A stretch of 64,000 bases of DNA from a virus (lineage: Duplodnaviria > Caudoviricetes). Both the position numbers and the translations under genes were made by a program. This document shows, piece after piece, positions 50,198 through 58,318 of this stretch; the first letter of the stretch is position 1; every line of letters starts with the position of its first letter. Location: positions 64,001 to 128,000 of IMG/VR virus record IMGVR_UViG_3300021431_004083; one strand, written 5' to 3'. The notes below the pieces were generated by a model, which saw nothing but the letters and a program-made list of their open reading frames with translations, was not told where the DNA came from and searched no databases.

Positions 50198-50497
50198 ATG
50201 CTTGAAACATTAATGAACAGCCCATTAACCCAAATCGCCTTGATGACGCTGATTATATTATTAATCAACAAACCCATAACAGAAATAACACAATACATAA
50301 TCGTAAAACAAGAGATGAAAATACTGAGCCGAATACTGAGCGATAAAAACGCAAGCGAAGCAAAAAAAGAATATGCGATTGAAACGTTCAGGCAAAACAT
50401 ATACAACATAATTGAACAGCCCGAAAGTCGAGCTCAGGAACGATACATCGGAAGACTCATTGATAAATGTATCGAAATTGCAAAACAAAAAACATAA
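50198..50497 (+). CDS. Hypothetical protein with an N-terminal TM
   Basis: 99 aa, RBS AGGGGG. Confidence 0.6.
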   Translation: MLETLMNSPLTQIALMTLIILLINKPITEITQYIIVKQEMKILSRILSDKNASEAKKEYAIETFRQNIYNIIEQPESRAQERYIGRLIDKCIEIAKQKT

Positions 50498-50571
50498 TAT
50501 CAAATAGCTAACTTCCTATATATTGGTTTCTGTTTTAACCGTCGAGGGTGCGGTATATCACCCTCACACTA

Positions 50572-50647
50572 TGGGTAGTAGCCAAGCGGTAAGGCAACGG
50601 ACTTTGACTCCGTCATCTCGTGGGTTCGAACCCCGCCTGCCCAGCCA
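50572..50647 (+). tRNA. tRNA-Gln(TTG)
   Basis: TGGGTAG/CTGCCCA, ACGGA-CTTTGAC-TCCGT, GGTTCGAAC, G-CCA. Confidence 0.95.
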
Positions 50648-50780
50648 AAGGAGCTCTTTCTGTCAGCTCCTTCACCGATAAGTCGGCTATAAAAAAACTC
50701 GACAGAACATGTCAGACAGTTGGCGGACCACTTCCTCGTTCCGTCAGCTGTTCTGTACAATAAAAAAGGAGGGCTCGAAC

Positions 50781-51269
50781 ATGCCTGTCTTATTTGTAAA
50801 AAATACCGTAACAGAAAAAACAATCGAGTCCATACTCAAACCTATCAATAGCTTCTGGACATACACAAGCCTTACGGATGTTGTGCAATCCAACGATAGC
50901 AGACTCGACAAAGCGCGTGATTTCGCGGCTATCACCTTCACAGACGAAAAAGATTGCGCTTTCATCGCGGACATGCTGATGGCAGAAAACATACAGGTGT
51001 TCCTGACCTTACCCGTCACCGCCGAAAGCACATACACAAACATATCAAACGACAAAAAAGCCAATATATCCTACTGGGACCATCTCGATAATATTGCCGA
51101 GGACTTCGTACAAAACCTTTTGTATGAATGCTATGACAAAGATACACATGCACAAACACCTTTGTCAGAAGAAGACAGGCAATACGTCCTGAAAGCGGCA
51201 CTTGAAGCCGCCATTGAAAAACTGGAAGACCTCAAAAAGGAATTCCCGTTTATGGATATTCCGTCCTAA
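50781..51269 (+). CDS. Hypothetical protein
   Basis: Start MPVLF after AAGGAGG. Confidence 0.7.
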   Translation: MPVLFVKNTVTEKTIESILKPINSFWTYTSLTDVVQSNDSRLDKARDFAAITFTDEKDCAFIADMLMAENIQVFLTLPVTAESTYTNISNDKKANISYWDHLDNIAEDFVQNLLYECYDKDTHAQTPLSEEDRQYVLKAALEAAIEKLEDLKKEFPFMDIPS

Positions 51270-51276
51270 AAAACAT

Positions 51277-51548
51277 ACGAGGGATGTAGGCTTAGAGGCA
51301 GCCATCATCTAAGGAGTAAGACGCCGGGATTGCGTGTAGTGAAGGTCGGGGAAACCGACACAGCGTGCACGCGGTGGTGATGAGAACACTTAAAGCGATA
51401 ACGTGTCGCTAAACGGTATCATCACCATTGTCAATTCGTCGCTGACGAGCACGGCATAGCAGTAATGAGCGACTGTAATCTATCTGCTATTGCGACACAC
51501 CCTACAGTCGGTAAGAGTCTTTTTGGCGTAACAGCACACCTCGTACCA
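51277..51548 (+). ncRNA. CCA-ended ncRNA containing a split mimic of 23S rRNA H43-H44 (uL11 / GTPase-associated centre)
   Basis: GATGTAGGCTTAGAGGCAGCCATCATCTAAGGAG (51283-51316) and GCGTAACAGCACAC (51526-51539) match 23S nt 1056-1089 and 1091-1104; closed by ACGAGG/CCTCGT plus ACCA; structured ~200-nt insert. Confidence 0.75.
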
Positions 51549-51572
51549 TTATTTCCAAAAAGGAAGGTATTC

Positions 51573-51830
51573 ATGACACGTACTGTGACATATACATGTG
51601 AAGTCTGCGGACGTCAAAGCGGAAGCGCAATTGACATTATAAAATGCGAATGCTCCCATCTTGGAATAACCGTAGACCAACTAAAAGAATGGAAGCTGCT
51701 GAAAGGCGCTGTCCGAATGACAAAAACACATGCAACAACAGAGCAAGTTATTAAAGACGCCATCAAAAATCTGAATGACTTCGAAACAAAACATCAGCTC
51801 ACAGGAAAAACTGTACCCAACCTATGTTAA
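51573..51830 (+). CDS. Small Zn-binding protein (CxxC...CECxH), paralog of 55898-56179
   Basis: YTCEVCG...DIIKCECSHL; RBS AGGAAGG. Confidence 0.7.
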   Translation: MTRTVTYTCEVCGRQSGSAIDIIKCECSHLGITVDQLKEWKLLKGAVRMTKTHATTEQVIKDAIKNLNDFETKHQLTGKTVPNLC

Positions 51831-51852
51831 CAGAAAAAGGAGGAATTTTCGA

Positions 51853-52035
51853 ATGCCCTACACAGCACCGATTGAAAAAGACCATATCCTCGACGTCACA
51901 AACCGTTTTCTCAATGCCAACGAAAACAGCAGCGACGCACAGGCGCTCATCCTCGACATGGCGTCTGAAATCCTCAACGAATCCGTTGACCAAATTATTG
52001 ACGACCTCGATGATGACGGTGACGTAGATACCTAA
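51853..52035 (+). CDS. Small acidic hypothetical protein
   Basis: Start MPYTAP after AAGGAGG. Confidence 0.6.
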   Translation: MPYTAPIEKDHILDVTNRFLNANENSSDAQALILDMASEILNESVDQIIDDLDDDGDVDT

Positions 52036-52050
52036 AAACAAAAAAAATAT

Positions 52051-52470
52051 GGGCCTGCTTGGTTTCGACAGGCTATACGAAAGAATCTATCACGCACGTG
52101 TCCCATCGCGTACGGGGAAACAAAAAATAAACGACACTAATACTGTTGTACTTCATCCCGCATTCTCCGCTGCTTGCGCTCGCGCTGCAGCCTGATTGCA
52201 TTACGGATACCAAAACGGCACGTCCGCTGTTTGATAAGGCCTGAGGTTCGAAGATAAACAGCACACAGTTTCCTGTTTCTGCAAAAAACAGGTGGTGGAG
52301 TGATGAAGAAACCCTTCATCCCTAAACGGCTGATTGCGCCGTACGTCAATTCGTAAAGAAAACGCCGTCCGTCTGACACGGTAATAATCTAAAAGCTCAG
52401 ACTATTGCGTAAGTATGATATTTTCAAGTAGATAGTTTGGACACGGGTTCGACTCCCGTCAGGTCCACCA
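52051..52470 (+). ncRNA. ssrA: tmRNA (SsrA); tag (A)DTNTVVLHPAFSAACARAAA
   Basis: GGGCCTG/CAGGTCC-ACCA with G3:U; 5' GGTTTCGAC; 3' GGACACGGGTTCGACTCCCGT; tag ORF 52133-52195 after ATAAAC, ending in Ala-Ala-Ala. Confidence 0.93.
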
Positions 52471-52651
52471 CGCTGATAAACCCCGTCACGATGACGGGGT
52501 TCAAAATATATCAACAGTCAATCAAACACAACATTCACACAAAATCTCTACTATGATAAACAAAACAGAAAGTAGAGCTAAAGAAGATGTTCTTAAGAGC
52601 ACAAACAATCTCTGCTAAAAAAAGAAGAGAAAAAGAAAGGATGTTTTCAAT

Positions 52652-53203
52652 ATGCCGTTAGAAGCAATCCGTCGCATCGACGACCTCGGACGAATTGTCG
52701 TTCCGAAAGATATAAGAAAAAGATTAAACCTCGAAGAGGGAGACACCGTATCCCTCGAAACAACCAACGACGCGCTTATCATCAAAAAACATTCCGTGAT
52801 AGGCGAAATCACGAAAAAGGCACAGGCTTGTATCGACGCACTGTCGTTCTCAACAAAGAGTATCGTCATTGCTACTGACAAAAACATCATCACAAACGTA
52901 GCAGGCTTATCAAAACGGAATCTCCTTGAGATGAGCATCTCCGACAGGCTCAAAGAGCTCATCAAAAATAACAAAAAGGGATACCGTCACACACCGACAG
53001 ATGAACCTATGCCCGTGATGAAAAACTCTGCAATGCCTTACGTCAAAGCAACGGCTGTAATCTACGATAAAGCGCTGCTGCCCGTCGGGTGCGTGGCAAT
53101 CATCACGTCAAATAAAGCGGAACTGTCGTTGGGTATCACACCCGCCGAAGATGCGTTACTGAACAACACCGCTGACACCATCACACGGCTCATAAGGGAC
53201 TAA
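52652..53203 (+). CDS. spoVT: SpoVT-like regulator (AbrB N-domain + GAF-like C-domain)
   Basis: IRRIDDLGRIVVPKDIRKRLNLEEGD, IIKKHSVIGE, VIATDKNIITNVAG; 183 aa. Confidence 0.82.
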   Translation: MPLEAIRRIDDLGRIVVPKDIRKRLNLEEGDTVSLETTNDALIIKKHSVIGEITKKAQACIDALSFSTKSIVIATDKNIITNVAGLSKRNLLEMSISDRLKELIKNNKKGYRHTPTDEPMPVMKNSAMPYVKATAVIYDKALLPVGCVAIITSNKAELSLGITPAEDALLNNTADTITRLIRD

Positions 53204-53215
53204 AAGGAGACAACA

Positions 53216-53380
53216 ATGCTAACTGAAATCACCATCAGAATCAACACTGATACCGGTGACTGTTCTATCAAGGAACAAAACGCCGAAACTGTAACAACAA
53301 AGCTCGACACGTCATCCCTTGAAGCGACTGCGTGGGACGCGGGTGAAGCGCTGAAAGATTACATCGAAGGGTTGAACTGA
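53216..53380 (+). CDS. Small hypothetical protein (54 aa)
   Basis: MLTEITIRIN... after AAGGAG; below the track cutoff. Confidence 0.55.
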   Translation: MLTEITIRINTDTGDCSIKEQNAETVTTKLDTSSLEATAWDAGEALKDYIEGLN

Positions 53381-53577
53381 AATGCCCGACAACTACTACA
53401 GCAGCAAAAGAAAAAACCCTCACAAGTACAAAATGATGTACCTGTTGGAACGAATCAGAGATTCCGAAACATGGCCGAAAGGTGCCCGCATATGGGCATT
53501 CCAACCTTGTACAGGATGGCGCGTCATAGATAAGCATTATGTCCTGAAAACAAGCCTTTAAAGGAGAAAACTCCGGA

Positions 53578-53946
53578 ATGACCATCAACATCAACAACTA
53601 CGCCGAACTGTTCACAGCTTTGTGCATTCTTGCCGTAGGCGTAATCATCGCAACCGTCTGTGAAACATTTCTTTTACTATCCAACATTCTCAAAATCAAA
53701 GAAAGACTCAACAACGAAACGCTGCACTACTGCCCGAAGTGCGACAAGCTTCAACACACCAAAATTATCAAAATAACAGAGACACGCTGTATCAACAGCA
53801 AAGAAAACTGCAGAACTATAACACTGCCGGTTGCAGTTCGTGTCTGTGAAAAATGCGAAACGGAAATCTTTGACCGTCGGTTAAAAGAAGAAGCCGACTT
53901 TGTTTTCAACAAAAAGTTCAAAGAACGACCGTCTACAGAAGATTAA
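53578..53946 (+). CDS. TM + zinc-ribbon protein
   Basis: N-terminal TM; YCPKC...VCEKC, MqsA/YgiT-like spacing. Confidence 0.65.
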   Translation: MTININNYAELFTALCILAVGVIIATVCETFLLLSNILKIKERLNNETLHYCPKCDKLQHTKIIKITETRCINSKENCRTITLPVAVRVCEKCETEIFDRRLKEEADFVFNKKFKERPSTED

Positions 53947-53961
53947 CAAAAGGAGAAAATC

Positions 53962-54171
53962 ATGCCTGTAAATATCGAAAGTCTCACACTGGGCGAGTTC
54001 AGAGAACTGACAAAAAACTTACCGGACGACGTAAAAATCGTGATTACGTCAGAATCAGATTCCGACAAAGCATTGCCTGTGATTGTATATCCATTTGAAA
54101 CAAGTATCGACAACAATGGATTTTTCCTGCTGTCGCAAAACTGTAACGAAAGTATCAACTTCGAATCATAA
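53962..54171 (+). CDS. Small hypothetical protein
   Basis: LTLGEFRELTKNLPDD; RBS AAGGAG. Confidence 0.6.
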   Translation: MPVNIESLTLGEFRELTKNLPDDVKIVITSESDSDKALPVIVYPFETSIDNNGFFLLSQNCNESINFES

Positions 54172-54208
54172 TACAAAAACACCAACAACCAAAAAATCTT
54201 TTAAATAT

Positions 54209-54243
54209 AATAGCCACCCTTTTCATAGGGTGGCTATTTTTTT
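54209..54243. terminator. Terminator between convergent genes
   Basis: AATAGCCACCCT/AGGGTGGCTATT plus T-run. Confidence 0.85.
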
Positions 54244-54246
54244 CTC

Positions 54247-55764
54247 CTACAACTGTTTTAAATCGTACAAGCTATATAAAACCTCTACAGAATTCCCATT
54301 CAACCGAGATTCTACAAAATCGGGAACTGACATTCCGATGATATAACGCTGAATGTATGTAGCATCGACTGAATCCGCGTTACCGTCGCCATCCACATCA
54401 CCGAGAATATCAGTATAATCAACTTCGTTCCTCACAAAAGGCAATTCCATTCCCACAAGATATCTATGTAAACATGTTACGTCAAGAATATTGACAACAC
54501 CATCAAAATTAACGTCGCCGTAAAGCACCTGTCTCACTTCCATACAGGGAATGGCGCGGCGTTTGCAGTACGAGATGATATACGAAGCGTTCTCTTTGGT
54601 GACAACTGTCAAATCAGACATACCATCGAATGCGTTTTCATGCAGATACGTGATTGTGTCGGGAAGCACAAGCTCCTGCAGGTTCGGGCAATACACAAAA
54701 CCATCTGCGGCAACAAACGAAATAGAAGAATCGACAGAAACACGTTTCAAGTTCGAACAATTAAAAAACAAATGATCGCGAATCGACGGTATACGTTCAA
54801 AATGCACTGTTTCCAACAAAGGACAATCCTTAAAGATATAATAACCCGGACCACCATACATAGAACCGCCGCTCTCATAACGAATAACACCGGCGAACGA
54901 AACAGAACGCAAACTGCTGCAATTCTCAAAAGCATAATTGCCGAGCTTGAAAACATCGGTCTTTGCCGTAAACGTCTCAAGACTTGAACAACCGGAAAAA
55001 GCGAAATTACCGATATGTTCAACAAAATCAGACATCACGGACTTCAAACTTCTACAATTAGCGAACGCTGAATCACCAATACTGCTGCCGCAATCAAAAG
55101 GTATATGCTCCAAAACAAAACAGTCACGAAAAGCGTTGTCCCCAATAAAAGAACACTTAGGACTTTCGACGTAAATGGACGTTAAATTCTCGCAAGACGA
55201 AAACAAACCATAATCGATATAACGAATAGACTTGAAACGAACCGTCTTTAGCGAAGTACAACCACTAAAAGCATAACGCCCAAAATTACAATCTGATGAA
55301 GAAGCATCAAAAAGCTCCAAATGAGAACAACCGTGAAACGCATAATCACCGACGTCAGATACAAAATCTGTATTAGTTACACGCACTAACGAAGAGCATC
55401 CGTCAAATGCGCTTCTCCCAATTGACGTCACACTACAGGAATCAGGGAGCTGAACATCCAATACATTCACAAAATCAGCAAAGGCTGAATCACCTATATG
55501 CGTGACATCTCCTGTAATTTTAATATGACGCACATCAGGCGCATGCTCATACCACACAGGAAATTCGCCCCACGTACAATCATGCATGGCGCCGGAACCG
55601 TTTATAATCAATTCCCCATCTTCTGTAACATGCCATGTAAAACCATCCTCGCTAAAAGAACCGTCTGTACTCGTTTCGGAAGTTTCGGCAAAACAAACCA
55701 AAGTACCCAAACTGAATACAAAAATACCGACAATCAAAAACGTGCAAAAAAATCTCTTAAACAT
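54247..55764 (-). CDS. Secreted BspA-type leucine-rich repeat (LRR_5) protein with a C-terminal type I dockerin
   Basis: Signal peptide from MFKRF; repeated IGxxAFxxCxxL; YGDVNFDGVVNILD...LGDVDGDGNADSVDAT. Confidence 0.9.
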   Translation of the reverse strand: MFKRFFCTFLIVGIFVFSLGTLVCFAETSETSTDGSFSEDGFTWHVTEDGELIINGSGAMHDCTWGEFPVWYEHAPDVRHIKITGDVTHIGDSAFADFVNVLDVQLPDSCSVTSIGRSAFDGCSSLVRVTNTDFVSDVGDYAFHGCSHLELFDASSSDCNFGRYAFSGCTSLKTVRFKSIRYIDYGLFSSCENLTSIYVESPKCSFIGDNAFRDCFVLEHIPFDCGSSIGDSAFANCRSLKSVMSDFVEHIGNFAFSGCSSLETFTAKTDVFKLGNYAFENCSSLRSVSFAGVIRYESGGSMYGGPGYYIFKDCPLLETVHFERIPSIRDHLFFNCSNLKRVSVDSSISFVAADGFVYCPNLQELVLPDTITYLHENAFDGMSDLTVVTKENASYIISYCKRRAIPCMEVRQVLYGDVNFDGVVNILDVTCLHRYLVGMELPFVRNEVDYTDILGDVDGDGNADSVDATYIQRYIIGMSVPDFVESRLNGNSVEVLYSLYDLKQL

Positions 55765-55897
55765 ATAAAAGCCACCTTTCATAATAAATTATATAACAAT
55801 TATAACATAAAAACACAAACGACACAACAATAATCTGCGTAACGAAAAATCATCTGAAGAGTTGAAATCGTGTCAAGGAAAAGGAAGGAGCTCAACG

Positions 55898-56179
55898 TTG
55901 AAAACAAAAACAATCTACGTATGCGATGTCTGCGGAAAAGAAAGCGCTGAGTCTATGGATATAATCAAATGCGAATGCGCGCATCTGAACATCGATATCA
56001 GAACGTTGAATCGATGGAGAGACCTGAGAAAAACAGCTGCTGAAGCGGGCAAGACATACAGTATTCGACACAATGAAGAAACCGACGCTGCTTTCGACAA
56101 AGCTGTAGTAGAACTCGTAGAGTTCGAGAAAAAGCATTCTCTTATTGACAAAAAAGTACCTGAAATAAAACTGTTTTAA
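55898..56179 (+). CDS. Small Zn-binding protein, paralog of 51573-51830
   Basis: TTG start after AGGAAGGAG; YVCDVCG...DIIKCECAHL. Confidence 0.7.
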   Translation: MKTKTIYVCDVCGKESAESMDIIKCECAHLNIDIRTLNRWRDLRKTAAEAGKTYSIRHNEETDAAFDKAVVELVEFEKKHSLIDKKVPEIKLF

Positions 56180-56190
56180 CTAAAAAACCA

Positions 56191-56219
56191 TTGACATGAA
56201 AACAGTTTTGTTATACAAT
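56191..56219 (+). promoter_or_regulatory. Sigma-A promoter for the tRNA-Asn / ncRNA operon
   Basis: TTGACA-17bp-TACAAT, 43 bp before tRNA-Asn. Confidence 0.8.
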
Positions 56220-56262
56220 AAAAGAACGATTAAATCCGTCAAATGATGGATTTAATATATAT

Positions 56263-56338
56263 TCCTCCATAGCTCAGTCGGTAGAGCACTCGGCTGTTAA
56301 CCGAGTTGTCGTTGGTTCGAGTCCAACTGGGGGAGCCA
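56263..56338 (+). tRNA. tRNA-Asn(GTT)
   Basis: TCCTCCA/TGGGGGA, CTCGG-CTGTTAA-CCGAG, GGTTCGAGTCC, G-CCA. Confidence 0.96.
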
Positions 56339-56339
56339 G

Positions 56340-56910
56340 TCCTACACAACACATGGTGTAGGAGAAACAGTACGACATACACCTGTAAACTTAAGCAGGA
56401 GGATTGCATAACGTTCACGATGTATCTGTGCTGTTTATCGCCTCCGAAAAGAGGTCGAATAACCTTACGAAATGGGCGCAGTTGACGCCCGCGTGCCGCG
56501 CAGGTCTACCCTGGGACCTCCGCTTCAAGGGCACGGAAAGTCGGGCGAGCCGAAACAATAATCCGTCCGTACGTCACCGAACGTAAAATCGGCAAAGGGT
56601 CAGACAGCTTAGTGTGTATTGTATAAAGACGCCTCGGCGGCAAGCGCGAAATACGCCTGTGTGCCACGCGCAACCTATACAATGGGTGCTGTACACGCAG
56701 GATAGAAAGAGGTTGAGTCCTGCATCATCTCTATTTTTTGAATTCCGGAACAACGACTACGACGGATATCACTGTTACTCGCATATCAGGGAATGTGAAT
56801 AACAGCAGATGGAAATACGGAAAAATCCATCCTCCTGACCGTGACCGTTAGCAGGAGCTGCGTATGGCTCACCGCAAGAAAACAAACATACGCCACCGAT
56901 GGTGACTTAA
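56340..56910 (+). ncRNA. Putative structured ncRNA block(s)
   Basis: No credible ORF; nested stems, e.g. GCCCG/CGGGC, CGTGCC/GGCACG, AGGTC/GACCT, ATTGTATA/TATACAAT. Confidence 0.45.
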
Positions 56911-56952
56911 AACGTAAAAACGTTTTATCATAAAAGAAAGGATTTATCAAGA

Positions 56953-57534
56953 ATGTTTTGTCCCAATTGCAGAAAACACGTGACAGATGAAAAATTCTGT
57001 CCCAGATGCGGAACAGACCTTTCCCCCTACAGGGAAGAAAGAGACGCGCAAAATCAAATGTCAGCACAAACACAGCCTACGGAAAGCCAAAACGAAACCA
57101 TCGACATGGACAATATCGAACAAAGCGATATCGAACAAAACAAAGGTATAGCTTGGCTCTCCTACTTTGGACTGCTCGTACTCGTACCGATGCTCGCAAG
57201 GAAAACATCAAAATATTGCGCGCATCATGTCAAACAAGGTTGGACACTGTTCGCGACCAACATTGCGTACTTCGCTGTTACGCAAATCCTTCTGGCAATT
57301 ATCGGAGCCATCTTCCCGGGACACGTCTCCTATTTCCTGATTCGTATGCCAAGCGCTGTATATGTAATTTTCAGCATCATATTCAACCTCGGATACATCT
57401 TCTTCACAGTCCTCGGAATCATGGGAATCGTTTACGCGGCAACAGGCAAAACAAAACGTTTACCTGTTATCGGACAAATCCCGTGGATTTCAAAACTCGT
57501 AGATAACTTCTACAAAAATTATATCACAGAATAA
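56953..57534 (+). CDS. Zinc-ribbon + DUF4870-like membrane protein
   Basis: MFCPNC...FCPRCG; NKGIAWLSY, HVKQG, LPVIG. Confidence 0.8.
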   Translation: MFCPNCRKHVTDEKFCPRCGTDLSPYREERDAQNQMSAQTQPTESQNETIDMDNIEQSDIEQNKGIAWLSYFGLLVLVPMLARKTSKYCAHHVKQGWTLFATNIAYFAVTQILLAIIGAIFPGHVSYFLIRMPSAVYVIFSIIFNLGYIFFTVLGIMGIVYAATGKTKRLPVIGQIPWISKLVDNFYKNYITE

Positions 57535-57568
57535 ACGATATCAAAACGCATTGCGTTTTAATATACCA

Positions 57569-58225
57569 ATATCGCAAAGCCGAATAACAACAGTTCGGTC
57601 AGCGATATAAGCTTCGTCGGGTAAGCTTACGGGTGGCGTCACCCATAAAGTCAGTCCAACATCTCTTTTATGATGGCCTCTTCTGTAACATCGGACGACA
57701 ACCCGAAACCACCTTACTCTCAACAATAGAGAACTAAGGGAACGGGAGCGCTCATGCGCAGAGCGGTCCTTGCCAACAGAACGACCGTTTGTGTAAACAA
57801 TTCATCCTATGATTGCAACGATTGCTTCGTGTAACCCACGGCAATCAACACAGGAACATTGCGAAACATGCTTTACCCACGAAAGGTTAACTCTCCTTTT
57901 GTCGCTTTTACAGGATACCGCACACAATCATAAAGAATTGCAATAGCAGGCTCGCAACAGCGAGCGGCGGTATATGAAAAAGTTACGCAATCACGGCCAA
58001 ATTGCGAAATGACAAACCTTTCTATGCTGAACACAAACAAATCTCGGGACAGCGTCCCTCGGAAGCGTTTTGCCCCAAACGTTGCAATTGCGGCAAACCC
58101 CGAAACGCGCCGGTACAAAGACGGCTACAACATATAAGCATGGTGTAAGCCGCCGATATTCGAAGACAAAAACACCAAGACCCTGTGAGGTGTGCTCGCG
58201 AAACATATGTTCGCCTGCGGGTCTT
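57569..58225 (+). ncRNA. Putative large structured ncRNA block(s)
   Basis: About 660 ORF-free nt before tRNA-Thr, with many hairpins and crossing long-range pairings. Confidence 0.45.
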
Positions 58226-58229
58226 ATCT

Positions 58230-58305
58230 GCCGATGTAGCTCAGTTGATAGAGCAGCTGATTTGTAATCAGCAGGTCGTGAGTTTGAGCCTCACCGTCGG
58301 CTCCA
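58230..58305 (+). tRNA. tRNA-Thr(TGT), with A19/U56
   Basis: GCCGATG/CGTCGGC, GCTGA-TTTGTAA-TCAGC, T-loop TTTGAGC, T-CCA. Confidence 0.92.
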
Positions 58306-58318
58306 TCTGTCGCCATCT

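Noticed and set aside
50715-50753. Theta/HDV-like ribozyme after tRNA-Gln (TCCTCGT loop)
   Set aside because: It folds as a simple long hairpin; there is no P3 or nested double pseudoknot.
51277-51548. True 23S rRNA gene or rRNA pseudogene fragment
   Set aside because: Only ~50 nt match, split by a structured insert, with a non-rRNA closing stem, a CCA end and no flanking rRNA sequence. It is reported as a mimic instead.
56534-56547. RNase P RNA (GGAAAGTC-GGGC here; GAGGAAAGT at ~58407)
   Set aside because: Partial resemblance to the P4 5' strand only; I could not find the matching 3' ACAnAAnnCGGCUUA-type strand.
58090-58156. c-di-GMP-I riboswitch (GGCAAACC..GAAA..CAAAG)
   Set aside because: The stem around GAAA does not pair as required, and no downstream CDS is regulated.
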